64,000 nt of DNA from Candidatus Iainarchaeum sp. Its GTDB lineage: Archaea; Iainarchaeota; Iainarchaeia; Iainarchaeales; VGJJ01. Both the position numbers and the translations under genes were made by a program. The stretch lies in the NCBI GenBank assembly GCA_043803765.1, contig JAZDJQ010000018.1, positions 64,001 to 128,000 of the forward strand, written 5' to 3'. Of the stretch, positions 10,002-20,119 are shown piece after piece (position 1 is the stretch's first letter; the number at the start of each line of letters is the position of its first letter). The notes beneath the pieces were generated by a model. The model searched no databases, was not told where the DNA came from, and was given only the letters and a program-made list of their open reading frames with translations.

Positions 10002-10264
10002 ATGGTAGCAGGGGCGCAACTCCTATTTAAAATAATCTTTAAAAAAAGACCGAAAGCCCACCGCCTGTCTGTGCATGAAATCCACCTATTGCCCAATCCA
10101 ACTTTGTATTTAAGTCTCGTGGAATCAACATGCCCCATTCCGTTGCCCATTAATGCTTTCCATTGCCTTACGTTGCGCGTTTTATTTTTCTAAATTAAGG
10201 ATTGATAAATCGTTCATACTAAGCATGATACCGCCCCGCTCTGCGCGGAGACAGGTGATACATC

Positions 10265-10345
10265 ATGGAAAACAATACCAACATGCAAAAGAAAAACCAG
10301 TCCAATCAACCGCAAATGGGAAACGATAAAAAAAGACGCGTGTAA
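10265..10345 (+). CDS. Putative 26-aa microprotein
   Basis: MENNTNMQKKNQSNQPQMGNDKKRRV preceded by a strong archaeal SD (AGGTGAT, 10253-10259). Confidence 0.35.
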   Translation: MENNTNMQKKNQSNQPQMGNDKKRRV

Positions 10346-10433
10346 GTAAGAATGGGAAAAAAACGGGGGGACGCAAAAAAAAACGGATGAACCCCGCGAA
10401 ATTGTTTCAAAACAAAAACGTTTTCAATCGCAG

Positions 10434-11282
10434 CTAATCCTTCTCTATTATTTCTTTCAATAACTCATTCACAAAATCCATTGAGGCATCGTTCAATAAA
10501 ACCACATCAAACAAACACTTGAATTTTTCTATCTGCTCATCCACTTTGTCATTTAGAAAACCAATTTTTATAACCACCTCGTGGTCAAACCCGCAGAGCA
10601 TCTCGGCATCACCAAGGGAATCACCCAATAACAATACATTCCCACGGCCACGAGCCGATTTTTCATATGGCGTGCCTCGCACAGCGGTTTCATTCTTGTT
10701 TAGCGAATGAATAATAGGATTAGCATAACCCGTCACACAACCTGATGAATCGTATTGATACTTGTTTGAAATCACATGAACGTTTGGAAAAAACAATCCT
10801 TCCTTCTGAAGAAAACCCTCAATTAAATCCGTCACACCGGCAGAGAGAATGAGAATCGGAACATGATGACGGTTCAACGTAGTAATAAAAAAAGGTAATC
10901 CTTTTCGAAGATTAGAGGGTTGTTCCGCGATCATCTTTTCCATTATACTTCGTGATAGGCCATGTTCTGCTATTACTTTCACGTGGGTGGACCACCATTC
11001 CTGCATTTTTTCTTTACGCTCTTCAAGGGAAAGAGAATAATCCGTCTCAAAAGAATGATAGGTATCAAACAACCCGTATGCTTTTTTCACATACTCATCC
11101 GACAAATAATGATATTTTCTAATCAATTCAATCAAGGAGTTGTGTTTTTCTCCATCCCGAAAGGCACACGTAAGCGTCTTGTCATAATCCGCCACCACAT
11201 GCAATTTTCCCAATCCACCCTCTCTCAATGCCTTTTTCTTTTGCTCAAAAACAAGGGGATTTACCACTACTACCGAATCCAT
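10434..11282 (-). CDS. HAD pyrimidine 5'-nucleotidase (cN-III/NT5C3/UMPH-1 family)
   Basis: DYDKTLT motif I, MQEWW, LSAG, IHSLNK, LLGDSLGD, IGFLN. Confidence 0.88.
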   Translation of the reverse strand: MDSVVVVNPLVFEQKKKALREGGLGKLHVVADYDKTLTCAFRDGEKHNSLIELIRKYHYLSDEYVKKAYGLFDTYHSFETDYSLSLEERKEKMQEWWSTHVKVIAEHGLSRSIMEKMIAEQPSNLRKGLPFFITTLNRHHVPILILSAGVTDLIEGFLQKEGLFFPNVHVISNKYQYDSSGCVTGYANPIIHSLNKNETAVRGTPYEKSARGRGNVLLLGDSLGDAEMLCGFDHEVVIKIGFLNDKVDEQIEKFKCLFDVVLLNDASMDFVNELLKEIIEKD

Positions 11283-11341
11283 AGAAAGAAGGAGTGGTAG
11301 TCTATCCCTTAAAAACAGTCATCCCTCCCATAATTCATACT

Positions 11342-14200
11342 ATGTATTCCCCAAAAGAAGAAGAGAAATGGATTGCCTTCTGGAAGACGAACCAATTGTT
11401 CGAAAAAAGCGTCAAAAACCGCAGTGAAAAAAAATCCTATATCTTCTATGATGGACCGCCTTTCGCTACCGGATTACCCCACCACGGACACATTTTAGGA
11501 TTAACCATCAAAGATGTTTTTCCACGCTACTACACCATGAAAGGCTTTCGAGTTGAACGAAAATGGGGATGGGACTGCCACGGATTGCCCATTGAAAATA
11601 TTGTGGAAAAAAAACAGGGATTGAAAAACAAACGACAAATCGATGAAATGGGAATTGAAAAATTCAATCACGCATGCCAAAAACAAGTATTGGAATACGC
11701 CCATGAATGGGGAAAAACAGTAGAACGAATGGGAAAATGGATTGAATTCAATGACGCGTACAAAACAATGGACCAATCCTACATGGAAACAGTATGGTGG
11801 ATATTCAAAAAATTATATGAAGAAGGACACATTTATGAAGGAAAAAAAATACTCATGTATTGCCCCCGATGCCAAACACCTCTTGCCAAAGCAGAAATAC
11901 AAATGGACAACTCCTACCGCGACGTAAAAGAACCTGCAGTTACAGTAAAATTCAAAATAAAAGGAGAAAAAAACACCTATTTTCTTGCATGGACTACAAC
12001 TCCTTGGACACTCATAGGAAATGCGGCACTCGCAGTAAATGAAAAACGATCCTACAGCAAAATAAGAGCAGGAAACGAAACCTATATTCTAGGAAAAGAA
12101 CGATTAAGTGAAATAAAAGAAAAATATGAAATAATTGAACATTTCCGAGGAGAAAAAATACTCGGAATGGAATACGAACCGCTCTATCACTTAGACACGA
12201 ACAAAAAAGGACACTACATTGTAGCAGGAGGAGACGGAGTAACAGCCGAAGACGGAACAGGAATTGTACACGTCGCATCCTATGGAGAATTCGATTTCGA
12301 CTTAATCACAAAATACGATTTGCCATTATTTACTCACATAGGAAGAGATGGAACACTCCATGGAGGACATGAAGAATGGAAAGGAATGTGGTTCAAAAAG
12401 GCCGACCCGCTCATTATCCAAGATTTAGAAAAAAGAAAACTCGTATACAAAAAAGAAGAACACACGCACTCCTATCCTTTTTGCTACCGATGCGAAACAC
12501 CCCTGTTCTACAATCCAATCAATTCATGGTTCGTACGAATCCAAAACGTAAAAGAAAAACTCATCCAGTGCAACAAAGAAATAACATGGATTCCGGAAGG
12601 GGAAGGAAAATTAAGATTCATGAACATTTTAGAAACCGCCCCCGATTGGACCATTTCACGCAACCGGTATTGGGCCACGGCAATTCCTGTATGGAAATGC
12701 ACCCATTGCAGGGAAATGAAAATCATGGGAAGCGTGAGAGAATTACAAGAAAACGCAATCGAAAAAGTCCCAAACACGATTGATTTACATCGCCATGTGA
12801 TCGACAACATTCACCTAAAATGCACATGCGGAAAAACAATGCAACGCATTCCCGAAGTCATCGACTGCTGGTTCGAATCAGGAAGCATGCCCTATGCCGC
12901 CAAACATTATCCATTTGAAAACAAGGAATGGTTCACGCACCATTTTCCAAGCGACTTTGTTTCGGAATACGTTGGACAGGTAAGAGCGTGGTTCTATTAC
13001 ATGCACGTATTAGGAGTATTACTTTTCCAAAAAGCACCATTCAAAAATGTAATCGTATCCGGAAACATTCTTGCAAGCGACGGAAGCAAAATGGCCAAGT
13101 CACGAAACAATTACACCGACCCTGCGTTATTATTCGAAAAATATGGTGCGGATTCCCTACGATACTATCTTATGCAATCACCCGTAACACAAGCGGTTGA
13201 CATTAATTTCAAAGACGAAGGAGTGCAAGAAGTTTATCGAAAAATCATCCTCCTCTTAGCGAATACACTATCATTCTATGAAATGTATGCGCAACAAAAT
13301 AACAACGTAACGAATCCCCATTCCCCCCATGTATTAGACCAATGGATTATCGCACGATTACATGAAACAATTAATCATGCAACAAAAGCAATGAATGCAT
13401 ACGACATGATTAACACTACTCGTGTGATAGGAGAATTAATCAGTGACTTGTCCACGTGGTATTTGCGCCGCTCACGCGAACGACTAAAAGGAAACGATGC
13501 GCAAGACAAACAAAACTCCGTGCGAACATTAGGATACGTGCTTCACTCCCTAAGCAAAATCATGGCACCCATCACCCCATTCATTGCGGAAGAAATACAC
13601 CAATCGCTTAGAAAAAATTGTAATGAGTTGAAAGAAAGTGTACACTTAGAAGATTGGCCTGCATCAAATGAAAAAGAAGTTGACATGAATCTCATTCAAA
13701 AAATGGTATTCGTACGCGAAGCAGTAAGCCTAGCACTCGAACAACGGGAAAGAGAAAAAATACCCGTACGACAGCCCCTTGCAAAGGCAACCATTTATGG
13801 AATAGAATTGAACACGGAATCACACCCATGGATAATTGATATTTTCAAAGAAGAAGTGAACGTCAAAAAAGTAGAATTCATCAAAGAACCTAAAAACGGT
13901 CAAAAAATGGCCGAACTCGACACACGCATAACGGGGGAACTGCTCGCCGAAGGAGCCGCACGGGAATTCACACGCGTTGTACAGGATTTACGAAAAAATG
14001 CCAAACTCAACCCGGAAGACGAAGTACAAGTATTCATCCAAACAGAAAAAACACTGGAAAAAATGCTCACCCCCCACCTAACCGAAATAAAAGAAAAAGT
14101 GCGGGCCAACAACATTACATTCGCCCAGCCCAAAAGTCAAACAAAAAAAGACACTTCAATCAAAATAAAAGAAAACGATGCACACGTGTGGATTGTGTGA
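11342..14200 (+). CDS. ileS: Isoleucine--tRNA ligase (archaeal/eukaryote type)
   Basis: DGPPFATGLPHHGH, GWDCHGLP, AWTTTPWTL, DWTISRNRYW, KMAKS. Confidence 0.97.
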   Translation: MYSPKEEEKWIAFWKTNQLFEKSVKNRSEKKSYIFYDGPPFATGLPHHGHILGLTIKDVFPRYYTMKGFRVERKWGWDCHGLPIENIVEKKQGLKNKRQIDEMGIEKFNHACQKQVLEYAHEWGKTVERMGKWIEFNDAYKTMDQSYMETVWWIFKKLYEEGHIYEGKKILMYCPRCQTPLAKAEIQMDNSYRDVKEPAVTVKFKIKGEKNTYFLAWTTTPWTLIGNAALAVNEKRSYSKIRAGNETYILGKERLSEIKEKYEIIEHFRGEKILGMEYEPLYHLDTNKKGHYIVAGGDGVTAEDGTGIVHVASYGEFDFDLITKYDLPLFTHIGRDGTLHGGHEEWKGMWFKKADPLIIQDLEKRKLVYKKEEHTHSYPFCYRCETPLFYNPINSWFVRIQNVKEKLIQCNKEITWIPEGEGKLRFMNILETAPDWTISRNRYWATAIPVWKCTHCREMKIMGSVRELQENAIEKVPNTIDLHRHVIDNIHLKCTCGKTMQRIPEVIDCWFESGSMPYAAKHYPFENKEWFTHHFPSDFVSEYVGQVRAWFYYMHVLGVLLFQKAPFKNVIVSGNILASDGSKMAKSRNNYTDPALLFEKYGADSLRYYLMQSPVTQAVDINFKDEGVQEVYRKIILLLANTLSFYEMYAQQNNNVTNPHSPHVLDQWIIARLHETINHATKAMNAYDMINTTRVIGELISDLSTWYLRRSRERLKGNDAQDKQNSVRTLGYVLHSLSKIMAPITPFIAEEIHQSLRKNCNELKESVHLEDWPASNEKEVDMNLIQKMVFVREAVSLALEQREREKIPVRQPLAKATIYGIELNTESHPWIIDIFKEEVNVKKVEFIKEPKNGQKMAELDTRITGELLAEGAAREFTRVVQDLRKNAKLNPEDEVQVFIQTEKTLEKMLTPHLTEIKEKVRANNITFAQPKSQTKKDTSIKIKENDAHVWIV

Positions 14201-14386
14201 TACCAATCATTCCAACTATCCTATTCCACTACCCTATTGCATTCAATATTTCAAAACCATTATCAAAAATATGTAAAAAAAAGGGAAAAATGATTAAATA
14301 GCAAAATCAGCATTTTGTGGAAAAAAAGGATAAAAATACTCAAAAATAAGATAAGCATTAAATACAACAAAAAAGAAAGACCAAAC

Positions 14387-14944
14387 ATGCCATACATCCC
14401 AAACAGAAAAGCAATCCGAAGACAACTAGAAAGACTCAGAGCAAAAGGAATCAAACAATCAACCGAACGAAAAGAAATACTACGAGAAAGAATAAAACAA
14501 GCGTGGAAAGAACGATATGGAGACTTAGAAAAATACTTTGAAAGAGAAGGAATAGACCCATCCAGCAAACTCGCACAAAACATCAAAAGACTAAAAGACC
14601 AAGAACCAAACGTACGAAAGAACGCAGCATGGGAACTCGGAGAAATAAAAGACAAAAGAGCAACACCCTACCTGATAAAAGGACTAGAAGACACAGACCC
14701 AGGCGTACGAGGGGTAGCAGCATGGGCAATCAAACAAATACTCGTCAACGAAAACCAAGCACTCAAAAAAATAAACCAACAACTAGAACGAGAACTACCC
14801 AATCAAGAAAAAAAACAAGCAATACTATTACTATACTTCAGCAGACAAGGAAGACTTCCAACCGAAAAAGAAATACACCAATACACAAAAAAAGCAAAAC
14901 GATCAACAATAAAAAGAATAATGAGAATGCTAGGAATAAACTGA
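14387..14944 (+). CDS. Basic HEAT/PBS-lyase repeat protein
   Basis: VRKNAAWELGEI and VRGVAAWAI HEAT repeats; extremely A-rich coding strand. Confidence 0.75.
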   Translation: MPYIPNRKAIRRQLERLRAKGIKQSTERKEILRERIKQAWKERYGDLEKYFEREGIDPSSKLAQNIKRLKDQEPNVRKNAAWELGEIKDKRATPYLIKGLEDTDPGVRGVAAWAIKQILVNENQALKKINQQLERELPNQEKKQAILLLYFSRQGRLPTEKEIHQYTKKAKRSTIKRIMRMLGIN

Positions 14945-15184
14945 ACGTCTTTACCCAAAAACGTTAAACGCCTGCAAGGCAATAAACACAATACACACTA
15001 CTACGGCAACACCCAACACCATTTCGGGGGTTAATTTAGGCCCCCCTTGATCGGTATCAAAAAAACGCTGCACCCCAATCGCGGAACTGGGACCTGCCGC
15101 TTGCGGCTTGTTTTGAGTAAATTTGACCATACTTTCAATTGGACAGCCTTACCCTTATAAATCCGCGCGACGCTCAACAAAACT

Positions 15185-16150
15185 ATGACCCAAATAGAAA
15201 TGCGACCCATTCTCAAGGACACCTACCACATCGTGATCGCGATTGTAATGGTACTTCTCATATTAGGATTAGCCACATGGTCAGGAATCATTCAGTGCCG
15301 GGATATTCCCGGATGGTGCGACGTATACTACACCATAAAAGGACCACCCAAAACACTCATTGTTTTTGGAAATGAAGGATTAGGAGATCCGGACTTGCTT
15401 GCAAGCGCATTACGCGAACCGAATCACGCGGCCGCCACCAACATCTCAAGACAGGATATTGATTTTGTTTCAGCAGGAAACCTAAAACAATTTGACTTAG
15501 TCATTGTTACACGAGCAAGGCAGATATCCACAAGCAAATTAGAAGCATTCATGGAATACGTGGACGCGGGAGGAAGATTAGTATGGACAGGAGACGCAGG
15601 AACGGTATTAGGAGAGAAAGACGAATTTTTGTATTTGGATGACATTGACACAAACAATTCTTTTCTAAACAACAAAATAATCGAAAAGCCTGAAAACATG
15701 CCCCAACATGAATTAATTTCTCCATGGGCAAGAAAAATTACGAGTGAAAAAAGAATCATACGATTTGACCACTATTTGTCCGTGCAATACGAAGGCAACT
15801 GGTGCCAAATACGAGACTGTGAGATTTCACAACAAGTAGGAACGCTTGTTCCTGAATCAGGGGCAGACCACAAACTTATTTACGGAATCAAACAAAACCT
15901 TCAATTATACGGGGACTTTGCCTTAACACAAGATATTGGAATCGGAAGCACGCGAGTGTTAAGCGTGGACACGGAAAGCAACGTGATAGGATTAGACAAA
16001 AAGGAATTAGGAAGAATATTCCCCATCATCGTAACCAGCGGGATAGGAGAACGAATCACCTACTATGCGGTTCCCCCCGAATACTTCATCCAAGAACCGA
16101 TGCAGTATTGGCTATTCATTGAAAACCTATACGATGGGATGCTCCGCTAA
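15185..16150 (+). CDS. Membrane-anchored protein with class I GATase-like/ThuA-like fold (inferred)
   Basis: N-terminal TM; LKQFDLVIV...YVDAGGRLVW motif; paralog of the next gene. Confidence 0.7.
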   Translation: MTQIEMRPILKDTYHIVIAIVMVLLILGLATWSGIIQCRDIPGWCDVYYTIKGPPKTLIVFGNEGLGDPDLLASALREPNHAAATNISRQDIDFVSAGNLKQFDLVIVTRARQISTSKLEAFMEYVDAGGRLVWTGDAGTVLGEKDEFLYLDDIDTNNSFLNNKIIEKPENMPQHELISPWARKITSEKRIIRFDHYLSVQYEGNWCQIRDCEISQQVGTLVPESGADHKLIYGIKQNLQLYGDFALTQDIGIGSTRVLSVDTESNVIGLDKKELGRIFPIIVTSGIGERITYYAVPPEYFIQEPMQYWLFIENLYDGMLR

Positions 16151-16263
16151 TAGTTGCTCAAAAAGGGAATCCAATGGCACAAAACCCCATTCCTTATAAA
16201 CCCCGGAAAACCTTTGAATTGCTATAAGACAACCCCAGTAATTGCGGGTAGGGGACGATAACT

Positions 16264-17118
16264 ATGGCGTACGACGATCAGGCCGGCGGGGATTTACCAC
16301 CATTGGCAGACCACGCGGGTGGAATGCACTTCAACATGGAGGCATTGATTCCAATCATCCTTATCGTGGTTATTGGATTTTTACTTTTAGCACGATTAGG
16401 AGTAGTGGATTCTTCCACTCCACTTGTGGGGCCGATTGTCAGCATCATTTCCCCCAATGCTACTGCTCGTGTACTTGTAATTGGAGCGCCGTCCATTGAA
16501 TTAATGACCGTGTTACAGGCCAACAAGGACATGGTTGGAAATCCTATCATTAAAGCGGCGGAAGCATTCTCACGCAATCCTGAAAATCAGCTAACACAAT
16601 ATGACATTGTGATACTGGACCAAACCGGACAAATATCAAAAGAAATCCCACGACAACTAGGAGACGCATTGCAAGGATATGTGAAGACGGGAGGAAAATT
16701 AATCATTGTGCAAGATTCTGGAATTGAACGACCCGCAGCACTCGACATTTTAGGATGGAAAGCCAATTTTGGAAGTATTGTCCCCGTGAATTGCGACATC
16801 ATCTTAGACGGACAACCTACCTGCAAGCGACCCATTGTCGTAGTAGGAGTCATCTGGCAGCAAGACTACAAACATCCCATCATGCTGGGAATTGAACGCG
16901 TTCCCGCCCAAGCAGAAGCAGGATATTTGGGATTAACCGTATTTGATGTAGGAGTAACAGGAAATGAAATCGCCTACATTGAAGACGCACGAACGGGAAA
17001 AAACTTTCCTGCAATAGTTGAACACGCTCAACTCGGCGGAGGAAAAGTCATCTACTTCAACTACAACCCGGGGATTACCGCAGGAATACTGGAAAACACA
17101 ATCAAGTACCTAAAATAA
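16264..17118 (+). CDS. Membrane-anchored paralog of the upstream protein
   Basis: N-terminal TM; LTQYDIVIL...YVKTGGKLII, HPIM.GI, GKVIYF. Confidence 0.7.
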   Translation: MAYDDQAGGDLPPLADHAGGMHFNMEALIPIILIVVIGFLLLARLGVVDSSTPLVGPIVSIISPNATARVLVIGAPSIELMTVLQANKDMVGNPIIKAAEAFSRNPENQLTQYDIVILDQTGQISKEIPRQLGDALQGYVKTGGKLIIVQDSGIERPAALDILGWKANFGSIVPVNCDIILDGQPTCKRPIVVVGVIWQQDYKHPIMLGIERVPAQAEAGYLGLTVFDVGVTGNEIAYIEDARTGKNFPAIVEHAQLGGGKVIYFNYNPGITAGILENTIKYLK

Positions 17119-17166
17119 AATATACTCTTTCAACGGCCCAATTGAATAATGGGCTATTTTTACTTT

Positions 17167-17841
17167 TTATCTTCTCAACGGAGGCAACCCTAACGCGTCC
17201 CGAACGCGCTGTTTTTTCCTGCCAAGATCAACAAAATGGCTACCCCCACTTTGCTTACCAAAAAAACGGGAATAGAGAGGACCGTATATTTTGGGACTAT
17301 CCAAAAAGAGACGCACATTCATTCCCCCTCGAATAACAACCCGATTTCGGTACAAGAATTCACACAAGAGAAACTCGGCAGGATGACAACCCAGTTGGCG
17401 GGACCACTCCTTATTTTCTCGTGTTTCTATTTCTTTGATCCGGTTCCACACCGAATGATTATCCAGAACACGGGCTAATCGTACCGCTACTTGCCGAGCA
17501 GGGGTAGAATACTCCCGCTGGATGAAAGCAATGTCCAACGTGGCCTTTCCCTCTTTGTTATGCCCCTCTTTAGCATTCAGCACAAACCGCAAATGGTCAT
17601 GGGAATCATACAAGGCATACGTCCGACCGCTAATAGGAAACAGGTCATAGGTATTCCATTTGGTTAATACGCGCAATTCAAAAGAACCGGGTTGCGCTTT
17701 TTTCCTAAACAGGGGAAGAGGGCCCGGCTGGTAGAATGGTAAGGGAACATTGTACCGAGACCTTATTTTCCACCAAGACCATTTCCTTCTCGATGCCCAC
17801 AGCGCCTTTCCCACGCGCACAAAGGATTTTACCCGACCCAT
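17167..17841 (-). CDS. Hypothetical Arg/Lys-rich protein
   Basis: 224-aa ORF filling the gap between + strand genes. Confidence 0.6.
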   Translation of the reverse strand: MGRVKSFVRVGKALWASRRKWSWWKIRSRYNVPLPFYQPGPLPLFRKKAQPGSFELRVLTKWNTYDLFPISGRTYALYDSHDHLRFVLNAKEGHNKEGKATLDIAFIQREYSTPARQVAVRLARVLDNHSVWNRIKEIETRENKEWSRQLGCHPAEFLLCEFLYRNRVVIRGGMNVRLFLDSPKIYGPLYSRFFGKQSGGSHFVDLGRKKQRVRDALGLPPLRR

Positions 17842-17954
17842 ACGAAAAACCGCATCAAGTGATTAAATAAAAGAATGCTCTCAACAGGAGTTCAGAATCC
17901 AAAGTTTTAACCCCTTTCAGTGCAAAGCCCCCCAACCCGAAATCCTTATATAGT

Positions 17955-17990
17955 CATGACGACATCATGACGACGCATGACGACTCATGA
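17955..17990 (+). repeat. CATGACGAC direct repeats (3.5 copies, 10-11 bp period) over the start of the wHTH gene
   Basis: Copies at 17955, 17966, 17976 and a partial copy at 17986, just after the TATA-like CTTATATA. Confidence 0.8.
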
Positions 17991-18462
17991 GGGTGCACAA
18001 CAGAAGGTTCAAGCATTGCTATCTCAGGTTTCCCCCGAGTTTATGGAATTAACCGCCGACATTTCCGAGGTCATAAAGCAGGCTAATAATCCAATGCTCA
18101 TCGCCGCACTGCTCTACAAATTAGCCCAGGAACGCCATCAAACAAACGAACTCATCAAACAGATGGAAAACAAGTATGACGAATTATCCTTCCAATTAAA
18201 GACAAATGGAATGGGCTCCTCCCTCCCAACTCCCAACCAACCGAGCGGAGCTCATTCCATTTCCATTCTACCCGAACAGGACCAAAAAATAATGAAACTC
18301 GTAGAGAGTCATCAAAAAATTGACGCACAACTTGTAAAAGAAAAACTAGGATACAAGAATCCCAATGCCGCATCGCAGCGGTTGAATATTCTCGTTAGAG
18401 CAGGATACTTAGGAAAAATCCAGTCCGGAAAAAAGGTGGTGTTCATTCGAGCGAATGTATGA
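17977..18462 (+). CDS. Coiled-coil plus C-terminal winged-HTH protein
   Basis: DQKIMKLV...LGYKNPNAASQRLNILVRAGYLGKIQSGKKVVF wHTH. Confidence 0.75.
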   Translation: MTTHEGAQQKVQALLSQVSPEFMELTADISEVIKQANNPMLIAALLYKLAQERHQTNELIKQMENKYDELSFQLKTNGMGSSLPTPNQPSGAHSISILPEQDQKIMKLVESHQKIDAQLVKEKLGYKNPNAASQRLNILVRAGYLGKIQSGKKVVFIRANV

Positions 18463-18681
18463 TACTTCAATCATTTAATTTCATCAACCGGCCGCGGGGT
18501 TTTCAACCTCTCTAACTCCCAACCAAATGAGAAAAAAATCCCGCGCCCCGGCTGATACTTCAGGAAATAAAGAACCAACCCAATTTGCCTACCAAATAAA
18601 AACCAACCCAACCCGGAGCGGGACTCTCACAAGGAGTCCCCTCCTTCTCTTTTTATTATTTTTCCATCCTTCAAAACTAAA

Positions 18682-18837
18682 CTACGGCGGGCTGAAGCCC
18701 GCCGGGTTTCACTTCCAATGCGCAGCATTTTTCCGTCAACGCTTTTGCTCGGCAAAAGGGTTGGTGAACGACTTGCCGAGAACTCAACACAAAGCCGATT
18801 CATCCACCCGCTAAAAGCAGGCAGGGTTCTCGGCAAG
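18682..18837. repeat. Cluster of REP-like / IS200-IS605-end-like palindromes
   Basis: CGGCGGGC-TGAA-GCCCGCCG; TCAAC-G-CTTTTGC-TCG-GCAAAAG-G-GTTGG; CTTGCCGAGAAC...GTTCTCGGCAAG enclosing ATTCATCCACCCGCTAAAAGC. Confidence 0.55.
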
Positions 18838-18842
18838 GGGTT

Positions 18843-19439
18843 CTAATACGTTTTCTTAATCCACATTCCAATCGAAATACCCAAAACAACCAAACAAAAA
18901 CCCATCACGAATAATTCCCCCCATGGAATGTAGAACGCACCGTTTGCAATTAATTCTCCCGCATGCAATGCCGTATCCGCCGGAGCGTCCATCACCGTAT
19001 TCTCGAGCACGCCCCCCGCACTTTCAGAAACAACAGAAGCTGATTTAGCTAACATTGTTTCCGCTTCCAATGAATTTGAAAAAAAATCATTCGCATTCCC
19101 AAAAAAACGAACATACGCCAAGTAACTCGTTACGGCAACACCTAACAAACTTGTTCCTAACAACACAAGAATACGATTATCTTGCGGCTGCAACAATGCT
19201 TTCCCTTTCACGGTGAGTTCAATATATTTCCACTTATGACCATCTCCCACCTCCCTCACCAATCCTGCTTTCAGAAGAATATCCACGTGCTCCTTAATCG
19301 TAGGAGGAGATAGATTGAGTTCTTTAGAAAGCTCGGATTGAATTTTTCTCCTTTCCAAAAGGGACTTCAAAACAAGAATGCGCGTCTCGCCCGCTAACGC
19401 TTTGAATACTTCCTGATTAAGGGTAATATCGGGGGACAT
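18843..19439 (-). CDS. ArsR-family wHTH regulator with two C-terminal TM helices
   Basis: FKALAGETRILVL...ELNLSPPTIKEHVDILLKAGLV, followed by hydrophobic segments. Confidence 0.85.
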   Translation of the reverse strand: MSPDITLNQEVFKALAGETRILVLKSLLERRKIQSELSKELNLSPPTIKEHVDILLKAGLVREVGDGHKWKYIELTVKGKALLQPQDNRILVLLGTSLLGVAVTSYLAYVRFFGNANDFFSNSLEAETMLAKSASVVSESAGGVLENTVMDAPADTALHAGELIANGAFYIPWGELFVMGFCLVVLGISIGMWIKKTY

Positions 19440-19589
19440 GAAGATAAATGCGCACCGAGGGACTTTAAAAGAGAATCAATACGCGAAGGGAAAAACCTTC
19501 CAATAAAAGAATACCCTCCGATTACCATTCTCCCGTTGACACATTCCTTATCACCTGCATGGTAATAAAAAAAAGCAAGCCCTGCCAAT

Positions 19590-20069
19590 TTATTCCCCGC
19601 CCAATTCTTGAATTTGAATGCGCAACGCCTCTATTTTCTTTTTACTATCCATCACTTCACTCAACGCAACATCCGCATCCAAATCTTTTACTTGCAGTTC
19701 AATACCCCCTTTCGTATTCCGATTGAATGCAACCCCTTTACCATAAGTAGTACGCAAATGGTCTAACAATTCCTCTTCCTGCAACACCCGCTTTAATTTC
19801 ATACTAATCAAATTTTTGAGCTTATTCAACTCCATAATGTGATTCTCTAATTCCTGCAGCACGTCTGTTTTTTTTGCATTTTCCCCACTAGCAGCAAAAG
19901 AAATAGGAACAGGTTCCAATCCCGCGTCCATCACCGCATCCGTTAACTCATCATGCTTTTTTCTCAACTTTTCAGCACGACGATCAAACAACGCAATATC
20001 GGAATCAATTTTTTTCAACAATGACTGGAGGACTTCCTCTCTACCTTTTAATGAAGTGGAAGGGGACAT
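19590..20069 (-). CDS. Hypothetical coiled-coil protein
   Basis: Heptad-rich ORF divergent from the HerA-like ATPase. Confidence 0.65.
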   Translation of the reverse strand: MSPSTSLKGREEVLQSLLKKIDSDIALFDRRAEKLRKKHDELTDAVMDAGLEPVPISFAASGENAKKTDVLQELENHIMELNKLKNLISMKLKRVLQEEELLDHLRTTYGKGVAFNRNTKGGIELQVKDLDADVALSEVMDSKKKIEALRIQIQELGGE

Positions 20070-20119
20070 GAGCGCACAACCCAACACGGGTTTAAATAGT
20101 TGGGTTTTTTCCTCCCATC

